DNA from: Chiloscyllium plagiosum | Lineage: Eukaryota | Reading direction: 5' to 3' | Assembly: GCF_004010195.1 (NCBI RefSeq) | Contig: NC_057718.1 | Coordinates: 83,028,215-83,092,214, forward strand | Length of the DNA stretch: 64,000 nucleotides | Shown here: piece by piece, positions 50,797 to 61,372 of the stretch | How the letters are laid out: each line of letters opens with the position of its first letter | How positions within the stretch are numbered: the stretch's first letter is position 1 | Program-made: the position numbers and the translations under genes | Notes under the pieces: model-generated | The model's input: only the letters and a program-made list of their open reading frames with translations | What the model was told of the DNA's origin: nothing | Database searches by the model: none

Positions 50797-51500
50797 GAGA
50801 GTCATAGAGATGTACAGCACAAAAACAGACCCTTCAGTCCAACTTGTCCACGCCGACCAGATATCCCAATCCAATCTAGTCCCACCTGCCAGCACCTGAC
50901 CCATATCCCTCCAAACCCTTCCTAATCATATACCCATCCAGATGCCTTTTAAATGTTGCAATTGTACCAGCCTCTACCACTTCTTCCGGCAGCTCATTCC
51001 ATACACATACCAACCTCTGCATGAAAAAGTTGCCCCTTAGCTCCCTTTTATATCTTTCCCCTCTCACCCTAAACCTTTCCCTTCTAGTTCTGGACTCCTC
51101 CACCCCGTGGAAAAGACTTTGCCTATTTATCCTACGCATGCCCCTAATGATTGTATAAACCTCTATAAGGTCACCCCTCAGCCTCCAATGCTCCAGGGAA
51201 AACAGCCCCAACCTATTCAGCCTCTCCCTGTAGCTCAAATCCTCCAACCCTGGCGACTTCCTTGTAAATCTTTTCTGAACCCTTTCAAGTTTCACAACAT
51301 CTTTCTGATAGGAAGGAGACCAGAAGTGCATACAATATTCCAAAAAAGGCCTAACCGATGTCCTGTACAGCCGCAACATGACCTCCCAACTCCTGTACTC
51401 AATACTCTGACCAATAAAGGAAAGCATACCAAATGCCTTCTTCACTATCCTATCTACCTGCAATTCCACTTTCAAGGAGCTATGAACCTGCAAGGTCTCT
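50797..51500 (-). mobile_element. HER1/CR1 3' portion
   Basis: ORF 50876-51493 reads VHSSLKVELQVDRIVKKAFGML..FFMQRLVCVWNELPEEVVEAG. Tail at about 50797. Confidence 0.95.
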
Positions 51501-51997
51501 TTGTAGAAATCCTTCTGTTAGTTTATGAGAATATATTGTTTACAAACAAACCAGCAAACAGGAATAAGCATTTCAGAAGCAAAGGGGGGGGGGGGGTAGA
51601 TAGATTAAAGATATGGATCAGTATGATTTATTAAATTGTGGAACAAGCTTAGGAACAAGATGACCTACGTGTGTTCCGATATTGCCGTGTTGAAGCCTTC
51701 ACATGTCGGCCAGTTACCTTCTTCAGGTTTTATTTTGTTTGCCAATATTTTTGATTTCCTAACATTGGCTGTGGTGAGCTACAGAACATGAAAATGAGCC
51801 CAAACATCAACTGTACTATACCTGCATTGCTCAATTCTATTGGCATTACGTATATGGAAACGCCCAGGCAAGCCATAAGCAGTCTCTCATTAAATTCATG
51901 TTGATATTTCATTTTCACCAGGAAGTGTTTTGCCATTCCAAAATTGCAAAACAACACCATACTGTAGTAAACAATGGACATAAAGAGTTTGTTATAT

Positions 51998-52200
51998 CAG
52001 TCAGCTAGACAGCTGGTTTATGATGCAGGGTGACACCAACAGTATGAGTTCAGTTGCCACACTGGCTAAGATTATCATGAAGGACTCTTCTCAACCTCAT
52101 TTCTTACTTGAGGTGTGGTGACCCTCAGGTTAATTCACCACCAGTCATCTCCATCTAATGAGAGCAGCCCTATGATCTGGTAGGATTATGGTAACCTTAC
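51998..52200 (+). mobile_element. tRNA-derived SINE-like element (old)
   Basis: Degenerate head CAGTCAGCTAGACAGCTGG..GAGTTCAGTT and body GAGGTGTGGTGACCCTCAGGTTAATTCACCACCAGTC. Confidence 0.5.
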
Positions 52201-52564
52201 CCATAATTGCCCGATACTCATCTATGACTTCCATCTCATTCAACAATTTTTCCTGGAATCACGCCTTAATAAAATACAGGTTGTTACATGGTCTGATGTC
52301 TCATTTGATTTTTAACTCTGGTGATTATCTTTGTGATCTATTTGAGCTGGAGTACCATTGGTCCAGAAAACACAGACCATACCCTGGCCTCTCAGTCTGG
52401 TGGGCCTTGTATAGTTAAGAAAATATTGTGGGGGTGGGGGGGGCAAAGTGTTTTCAAAACTGAATTGTCATCTGAATAATTTACAACTAAGCAAATACAA
52501 CAAACGTTTTATTAATAGGCACCTATGGGACCAAGGGCGTGCTGGTGGATTAAATATTCCAGAT

Positions 52565-53345
52565 AGAGTCATAGTCTTGGAGACATGCAGCATGGAAACC
52601 GATGCTTCGGTCCAACTTGTCCATGCCGACCAGATATCCTAAATCAATCTAGTCCCATTTGCTAGCATTTGGCCCATATCCCTCTAAACCCTTCCAATTC
52701 ATACACCCATCCAGATGCCTTTTAAATGTTGGAATTATACCAACCTCCAACCAACTTCTTCTGGGAGCTCATTCCATACACTCACTACCCACTATGTGAA
52801 AAAGTTGCCCCTCAGGTCCCTTTTAAATCTTTTCTCTCTCACCTCAAACCAATGCCGTCTAGTTTTGGACTCCCTGACCCCAGAGAAAGACCTTGTCTAT
52901 TTATCCTATCTATGTCCCTCCTGATTTTATAAACCATTACAAGGTCACCCCTCAGCCTCTGATGCTCCATGGAAAACAGCCCCAGCTTTTTCAGCCCCTC
53001 TCTATCCCACAAACCCTCTGACCTCGGCAAAAACCTTGTAAATCCTTTCTGAACCCTTTCAAGTTTCACAACATCATTCCTATAGCAGGGAGACCAGAAC
53101 TATACAAGGCCCACCAGACTGAGTATTCCAATAGTGGCCTAACCAATGTCCTGTACAGCCACAACATGACCTCTCAACTCCTATCCTCAATGCACTGACC
53201 AATAAAGGCAAGCATACCAAATGCTTCTTCACTATCCTATCTACCTGTGACTCCACTTTCAAGGGAATTATGAACCCGCACTCCAAGGTCTCTTTGTACA
53301 GCAGCATTTCCCAGGACCTTGTCATTAAGTCCTGGCCTGGTTTGC
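52565..53345 (-). mobile_element. HER1/CR1 3' portion
   Basis: KLERVQKGFTRFLP..LGLFSMEHQRLRGDL. Homologous to 50797-51500. Confidence 0.9.
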
Positions 53346-53349
53346 ATCT

Positions 53350-54420
53350 TTACATTTATTGTTCTAATCTGAATTATGAGGTGTTATGATCCCTTTAGCC
53401 ACAACAGCTACATCTACCTCCTTGAGGAGGCAACATTTTGGCCTCAACCACTGACTGTGATAACGAGTTTCACAAGCCCACCACACTCTAGACAAAGAAA
53501 TTTCTTCTCACCTCAGCCCCGAAAGGTCTACTGCTTAACCTAAAATATAACCCACTTGTTCTGGACTCCCCCACCATCAAGAACATCCATCCTGTGTCTA
53601 AGCTGTCCAGTTCAGTTCCACTTTTCTTAGGTTTTAATGAGACCCTTTCATTCTCCTAAACTCCTGTGAATATAATCCTAACCAACTCAATCTCTCCTCA
53701 TTCATCAGTCCTGTCATCCCAGGAATAAATCTGTTAAACCTCCAATGAACTCACTGAACATTGCAAGAATCCTTCCTCAGATAAGAAGGATAAAACTGCA
53801 CACAACATTAGAGGTGTGATATTACCAATGCCCTATATAAGTGCACTAAGACATCCTTGGTCCACGTACTTGAATCCTCTCACAATAAAGGTCAGCATGC
53901 AGTTTGTTTTCTTTACTGCCTGCTGCACCTGCCCATTCACTTAGTGACTGGTGCCTGAGAATACTCAGGTCTTAACATTCCACCTCTCAATTTATAGCCA
54001 AATAATAATCTGCCTTCCTATTTTTGCTATCAAAGTGGATTAAGTTACATTTATCTACATTATACTGCATTTGCAATGTATTTGTCCACTCAGTCTGTCC
54101 AAATGACATCATGGATGAGACACCTCTGCATCCTCCTCACAACTCACTCTTCTAGATTTGTGTCATCTGCAAATTTGAAGATATTACATTTCATTCCCTC
54201 ATTTAAATCATTAACATATGTCGTGAATAGTTGGGAACCTGATACAAATTCCTGCAGTGACCCACTAGTCACTGCCATTCAGAACACAATCCATTTATTC
54301 CTATTGCTTCTTGTCTGCTAACCAATTTTCTAACCCTCTCAACACACTAGCCCCCAATCCCATACACTTTAATTTTGCACACTAATCTCTTATGTGGTAC
54401 TTTATTAAAAGTGTTCAGAA
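53350..54420 (-). mobile_element. Older CR1 RT fragment
   Basis: Minus-strand KFADDT near 54160-54178. Homologous to 30738-31830. Confidence 0.75.
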
Positions 54421-54759
54421 AATTTAAATAAACCACAGATAATCAAGAAGTCCACATGACCAACATAAAAACACACATAATAAAAATTTACTTTATTGTT
54501 ACTTAAATAAAACTTACCGGGAGTGAGCCTTTTCACTCTCGCTCTTAACTGACAATTCAGACATCATACTAAATCATGGTATTTGACAATCAATTTGTTA
54601 ATGTGTCATATGGCTATTCGATTGCATTTACACTGAGGCAAATAAATTTAGAAACTATTATAACTGGACACAACAATACCGTAAACTACAAGTATATAAC
54701 TTTTCCTAGTTTAATCAGGAGTGCTAATCCATGAGGTGCCAATTAAAGCAAAGTTTGCT

Positions 54760-55030
54760 GTACTTCTGAAGTACAGACATTTACAACTCATAAATCATGG
54801 CAGCCAATTTGCAAAAGCCCACAAATCACAGAAAGTGCCAGATAATATGTTTTAGTTATGTTGGATAAATGTTGGGCAAGAAACCTGGGAAAACTCTTTT
54901 ACTCTTCTTCAAAATAGTCATCAACATCTACCTGAGATGGCAGATGGCTTAACGTCTCACTTAGACTGACATTCAACACAGTAGTGCTTGCTCAGTACTG
55001 CACTGAAACCTCAGCTTAGATGATGTGCTT
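54760..55030 (-). mobile_element. DeuSINE (SacSINE1/AmnSINE1-like) with Deu domain
   Basis: The minus strand reads CAGTGCAGTACTGAG..GAGACGTTAA..TCTCAGGTAGATGT..CTATTTTGAAGAAGAG..CAACATTTATCC, matching the Deu-domain consensus as recalled. Confidence 0.75.
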
Positions 55031-55032
55031 AG

Positions 55033-55890
55033 GGTGGGCGGCATGGTGGTTTAATGGACAGCACGGTAGTTCATTGGTTAGCACTGTTGCCTCACAGCGC
55101 CAGAGACCCGGGTTCAATTACACCCTCGGCTGACTAATTTGCACATCCTCCTCATGTCTATGAGGGTTTCCTCCATGTGCTCTGGTTTCCAAAGATGCGC
55201 AAGTTAGAATAATTCAGTCAAAAAGTGTGGCACTGGAAAAAGCACAGCAGGTCAGGCAGAATCTGAGGAGCAGGAGAGTCGACGTTTCGGGTAGAAGCCT
55301 TTTTTAGATTAGATTAGATTACATTACAGTGTGGATCAGACCCTTTGGCCCAAAAAGTCCACACCGACCCGCCGAAGCGCAACCCACCCATACCCCTGCA
55401 TTTACCCCTTACCTAACACTACGGGAAATTTAGCATGACCAATTCACCTGACCTGCACATCTTTGGACTGTGGGAGGAAACCGGAGCACCCGGAGGAAAC
55501 CCACGCAGACACGGGGAGAATGTGCAAACGCCACACAGTCAGTCGCCTGAGGCGGGAATTGAACCCGGTTCTCCGGGGCTGTGAGGCAGCAGTGCTAACC
55601 ACTGTGCCATCGTGCCGCCCACTTATCAGGGCTTACATCCATAACATCGACTCTCCTGCTCCTCAGACACTGCCTGGCCTACTGCACTTTTTCCAGCGCC
55701 ACACTTTCGACTCTGACTCTCCAACATCTGCAGTCTTCACTTGCTCTGGGTCAGTTGGATTGGCTGTGGGAAATGCAGGGTTATGGGGATAACAGTAATG
55801 GGGGTGGGTCTGAGTGGGCTGCTGTTCAGAGGGTCAATGTGGACTCAATGGGCCGAATAGACTGCTTCCACATTGAAGGGATGCTATGAT
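55033..55890. mobile_element. Triple nest: plus HE1 SINE (55033-55205 and about 55745-55890) containing an inverted-repeat mini-Penelope (about 55215-55745), which contains a minus HE1 SINE (about 55305-55622)
   Basis: The outer SINE halves are collinear. The Penelope pLTR arms are in opposite orientation. The inner SINE is complete with its (TAATC)n tail. Confidence 0.85.
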
Positions 55891-58352
55891 TTCTGCAGCA
55901 TTACTTGAACCTAAATCTTCCAAGTACACAGGTTTAAGGTAATGGGCAAATATATAGAGAACCTGGGATAAGGGGATTTATTTATACAGTGAGATATGAA
56001 AACTGGAATGCATTGTACTGAAAGTACAGTAAGAGAAAATGCAATAAGAACTTTGAAAAGGGATCTTATACACTTCAAAAGGTAAAAGCTTTGCAAAGTT
56101 ATAAAGAAAAATCAAGGGGCTGGAATCAAATGGAGATTGCAGAGGACTATTATTATATCAAGACACCAAGGAATCTGCAATAGCCTGGTGTGTAAATCAT
56201 TAAATGTGGGTGTGCAGTTTCAGCAAGTGACTGGAAAGGCAAACAGAACGTTGTCATCTATTGCAAGAGAAATGGACTATAAAAGTAGGAATATAGAATC
56301 TTGGTGAGGTCATATCTGAAGCACTGTCCACATTTTTCAGCTTATTTAAGAATGGATGGAAATGCATTTGAAGAAGTTCAGTGAAGCTCCACTCAGCTGA
56401 TATTTGGGATGAGAGCTAACTAATGAGTAAAGAGCAGTGGAGGCAGGGTTACTGAATATTTTTAAATTCTCAGCTAACAAGAGTGTCAAAGTATATCAGC
56501 AGCAGATGGAAGATTGGAGTTGAGCAGGTGCAAGCTGCAGGTGCATGACACTATCACCAATGACATAAAGAAACATCTGGCTTACTAATGTTTTCAGGGG
56601 GAGATATCTACCATCCTTTCCTGGTCTGGCATACATGTGACTGCTGACCCACAGAAATGTGGTTGACTCTGAACTGCCCTCTGAAGTGGCCTAGGAAGTC
56701 ACTTAGTTCAAGGGCAATTAGGGATAGACATCAAATGTTGGCCTTCAAAATGATAGCCACATGCTGTGAAAGAATAAGTCATGATGCTGGCATACCTAGC
56801 GTCAGAAGTATGCATTGCAGATGCCATTTTGGAATCAAAATTGGCTCAATACCTCTTTTTTAAAAATGGGTTTGAAGAGGTCCTTGTCTTGGAAGGTTAC
56901 ACCCTGGATTGATAATCATAGAATCACAGAATGGTTACAGGATAAAAGGACACCAATCAACCCATTCAAAACCTTGCTGGCCCTCTGAAAAGCAACTTAC
57001 CACTTGTCACTCAACCCCGTCCCCAACAAGTTTGTTTCAATTCATATCCAATTCTACTTTTAAACCTTCCATTTGCCTACACCACATTCTCAGGCAAAGC
57101 ATACCTAACCACATAATGTATGAACAAGAACAGAAAATACTGGGAAAATTTAGCAGGTCTGGCAGCTTCTGTGGAGAGAAAGTAGAGTTAACATTTGGGG
57201 TCCAGTGACCCTTCTTATCCTGAGATGGTTAGATTTGACAGAGGTTCTCAACTTTACCAGCAGTTTGTACAGATTAAGTTAGTTCTCGTCAGTAGAAGGC
57301 ATGAGGACGAGGGAACACAAATTTAAAGTAACGGCAAAAAAAGCTAAACTAACATGAAAGGGGAAAAATCATGCAATCGGTGAAAAAAAAGGAAAAAACT
57401 GAGGATGCGGGAAATCAGAAACAAAAACAGAAATTGGTGGAAAAATTCAGCAGGTCTGGCAGTATCTGCCAAGAGAAAATGGAGTTAATCTCCATCAAAT
57501 ATAATCATCTCCTCATTGAAAACACTGTTGACCTCTCCACATTTCAGAGGATAAAAGAGAGGATGAGGAATTTATTCAGAAAGGGAATAAAATATTGCAG
57601 GATACGAGACTTTAACCAAATTTGGTTAGTCTCTCAACATGTTGGAATAAGACATGATCTTTTTGATAACGTTCCAGTGAAATACCTCAGTTTCTTCTGT
57701 TAAAGGCAGTTATATAAATGGACTTTGCTGATCTGATGATAATTTAAGTCTAACTTTTATCTAACTTGTTGCGTGGAAAAATGACTAGACTTTAGTGAGG
57801 TACAGTATTTGATAAATATTATACTGTTTATAAATGGAGGACATGAATATTGGCAGAAATTCCACTTAAAATTGATCATAAAAATACATGGCTGAGGCAC
57901 TCTCAAGATTGAAGCTGCACCGCCATTATAATACGCTACAGTGGAGGTCTTCTGGCACAGTGGGTAACTGCCCTGCCTCATAACCAGAAACTTGAGGTTT
58001 GAGTCATATATTTCAGGCTTTGATAGCCATTGAAGGGGCATTTCTGGCATGGTCAAACACAGGTTGAACATCAATCTGTGAAACCTTGCTTTATATGCCC
58101 ATATTAGGTGGTAACAATGAGCTCCTGGTCAACCAGAACTATGTGGTAGCAACAGTGAAACAGCATGCCCATGTTAATAGACTTCATTGACAAGCTACTG
58201 TGGCAAGTTCTTGTTTCAAGTGACTTCCAGAGAGAGAGAAAACACGCCATGAAAATGAAGGGGGAAATCCAGAATCTAGAAGAATTTGAACATTTGCTTT
58301 AGATTCAGACAAGCTCAACAGAGAGCCCACTGTGATTGATTATACATTCCCC

Positions 58353-58550
58353 CATTCTCCCTGTGTCTGTGTGCGTTTCCTCGGGGTGCTCCGATTTCTT
58401 CCCACAGTACAAAGGTGTGAATGTCAGATGAATTAGCCATGCTAAATTGCCCGTAGTGTTAGGTGCATTAGTCAGAGGGAACTGGATCTAGGTGGTTTAT
58501 TCTTCATAGGATTGGTGTGGAGTTGTTTGGCCTGTTTCCACAGTGTAGGG
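58353..58550 (+). mobile_element. 5'-truncated HE1-type SINE
   Basis: V-domain CATTCTCCCTGTGTCTGTG..GGTGCTCCGATTTCTTCCCACAG and 3' CCTGTTTCCACAGTGTAGGGA. Confidence 0.8.
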
Positions 58551-58853
58551 ACAATCTCCTGATTGTCCCCAGCCTTAATTTAAAGCATTCACTTGTGGAA
58601 AATTTTCCTTCTTTTGAAAATGAAGCATTCAGTCTTCATAATCAATATCATGGGGATGAGTGACTTGCACTCTCCTAAACCGGGTCCCATCCCGAGGACT
58701 AGAGTAATGTTAATGAAGCATGCCCCTGACTGCAAGACCAAACCGGCCAAATTTGCTCGGTATGTCCATGTATTATACGGATGCAAATGCAGTAAAGTTC
58801 TAGGAATAGCCTGAATACGAATGGCTTGTATTATAACATTGAAAGATGTGCCT

Positions 58854-59330
58854 GGAGAAAGTAAGGGCTGCAGATGCTGGAGATCAGAGCTGAAAATGTG
58901 TTGCTGGAAAAGCGCAGCAGGTCAGGCAGCATCCAAGGAACAGGATTAATTACATTTTTTAGATTAGATTACATTTAGATTAGATTAGATTACATTACAG
59001 TGTGGAAACAGGCCCTTCGGCCCAACAAGTCCACACCGACCCGCCGAAGCGAAACCCATCGATACCTCTACATTTACCCCTTACCTAGCACTACGGGCAA
59101 TTTAGTATGGCCAATTCACCTGACCCTGCACATCTTTGGACTGTGGGAGGAAACCGGAGCACCCGGAGGAAACCCACGCAGACACGGGGAGAACGTGCAA
59201 ACGCCACACAGTCAGTCGCCTGAGGCGGGAATTGAACCCGGGTCTCCGGCGCTGTGAGGCAGCAGTGCTAACCACTGTGCCATCGTGCCGCCCACTAAGA
59301 AGGGCTTATGCCCGAAACGTCGATTCTCCA
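58854..59330. mobile_element. Inverted mini-Penelope arms enclosing a minus HE1 SINE (about 58960-59295), 14-bp TSD
   Basis: TGAAAGATGTGCCT at 58840-58853 and 59331-59344. The left arm is a minus pLTR and the right arm reads AAGAAGGGCTTATGCCCGAAACGTCGA. Confidence 0.88.
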
Positions 59331-59854
59331 TGAAAGATGTGCCTATCTGTCTGTTGGAAGTGACAAACAATTGAACAATAATCAAGAAGCTCAATTACCT
59401 TTATTGAACCCTATGCTTTTGCAATGTTTTCTGGCTGGAGTCACTGACATGATCCAGACCAACAGTACAAACCAATCCAGAAATTTCCAGTCGCAAATGA
59501 GGTGAGCGGTGGTTTTCTTTTGGGATGGCCAGAACCATGATGCAAGTTACAGGTAAAACAAATTATATTCAGCGTCCTCGCGATCCCAAATGACGTATGC
59601 CAGCCCTGAGAGGGTTGACTGGAACCAGGATACCCCCTGGGGGCAGAACCTACCTCATGTACCTACCCGATGACCCAATGACCACTGCTGGACAACCTTT
59701 TCCTGAGGGGATTCAGAAAATGGAGACACACAGGCCCCAGCATTTCACCTTTGAGACTGGCAACAAGGCATCAAAAAAAAACCCGGGGCAAACCCAGGCC
59801 CTTGCTCTAACTGTTGAAATACGGCTAATGGGGGAGTAATGTGTCTTTAATGTT

Positions 59855-60135
59855 ACCTCGGAGCTGACGCTGGGAATCGACAGGCTTTCATCCTATCAAA
59901 AGGAAAATCTACTAATACACACTGACTCTTCACTGTGCTTTTAATATGATCCACTATTTTGGAGCATTGTGGGAACATTGAATGTTTTTAACTCCAAAAG
60001 GGGGGCAGTGTTATAGTAATGCTATTTTGTCCAATCAATCTGACAGTTATCAAGATATCTGGCTCATGCTGATGAAACTGTTACTGTTTCTAAAGTAATA
60101 GGCAAGTATATGCAGCTGCCAAGCAGGCAGTCTTA
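59855..60135 (+). pseudogene. pol: Retroviral RNase H remnant
   Basis: Across frameshifts: SEL..QAFILSKGKSTN(I)HTDS..CAFNMIHYFGALWEH*MFLTPKG...AHADETVTVSK(G)NRQVYAAAKQA. This matches the class I pattern YTDSxYAFxxxHxFGxLWxxRGFLT and GNxxADxxAK. Confidence 0.8.
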
Positions 60136-61372
60136 CACCCCAAACTTCTGATCCCATTGGGTCCCTAGCAAAACCCGTTTAGACACAGTATAAGGACGGG
60201 TATGCCAGACCTGGGTAAGGTGCAAAAATCACGGGGGAATGATAATGTCTGTTCAATGCCAATTCACAATGTAGAGGTTGATTTCTCTGTTGCTTACTGA
60301 CTGTAATCATACAGGTTTAGTATTTGGATTGTTTTCAATATTGTTTTGAAATTTGGAAGACATTTGCAAATTTCCATTTCTGAAATATTTACAGGCACTT
60401 TATACTACAATATACTACTGACTGAATTATCAAGTGATTTGATTTCATACATGGCCGCTAAGCCTAAATATCTTTGCTTTGTGTATGGAGATTGTAAGAA
60501 TACGCACTGGTTGATTTGATTTATTTTTGGATTGGGCTGTTAGATCTAAGAAGGGGTGTCTGGCTGAGCTATTATCTTCACTTAGATATTTAATACTGAA
60601 CAGCGATGGTTTATAATTTTAAGACTATACCAATATCTATATTCTAGGGTTAGCTCAATATTAGAAAAAATTCAGTGTGGTTTGAAAGCTTTGTTTCATG
60701 TTACCATAATTTGGAGACAGTATTGCCCTCCAGCCAATATTTATTACCAACTTTTCTCAAAATCATCAGATTTCTACATTTAATTCTAGTTACTGTTAAC
60801 TAAAGCTGTAGATCAGGCCATTTAATTGGGCACAATGTTAGAAAAGGAATACAATATATATATTGCAGAACTAATCTAAATTTTAGATAATATATTCTTT
60901 TTTAGTAGCCAAACTTCAAAGAGCATTATATCCCAGCACAGCTGGATTTATAAAAATAGGTTTGCTTAATTCACCCATGCCTGGGCTTTTTCATATAAAA
61001 TAAGAAAATAATGGGAAGGCAGAGAATCTCTAGTACATAATTTAAAATGAATGAACTTTTTGCCAGTATGGGCAATATATTTACTCCAGCGGGCTATTTG
61101 AGTTTGATTAATTTGAGAATTATTTATTTCAAAATTGCTCTTAGGGCTTCTAGCCTGCTGAAGAGCACAAATTATGGCCTCAAATAAGGTACTCCCGCAA
61201 TACTCAAACCAGAATATGGGTGACCTCTACCAGATTAGTTTGTGTTACTTCTTTGCTGCTGCCTATTTTAATTGAATATATGCATATTGTATATACTTAT
61301 ATACAAAGGAGGAAATGGTTTATACTTTATTACAATGGACACTTGGCGGTCTCCAACCTTGCAAGGGGGAGA

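Noticed and set aside
57120..57490. Further pLTR-like fragments (also at 25608-25670, 27500-27590 and 48630-48760) as extra hammerhead loci
   Set aside because: Probably Penelope-derived, but the core nucleotides are lost or truncated, so they are not counted as ribozymes.
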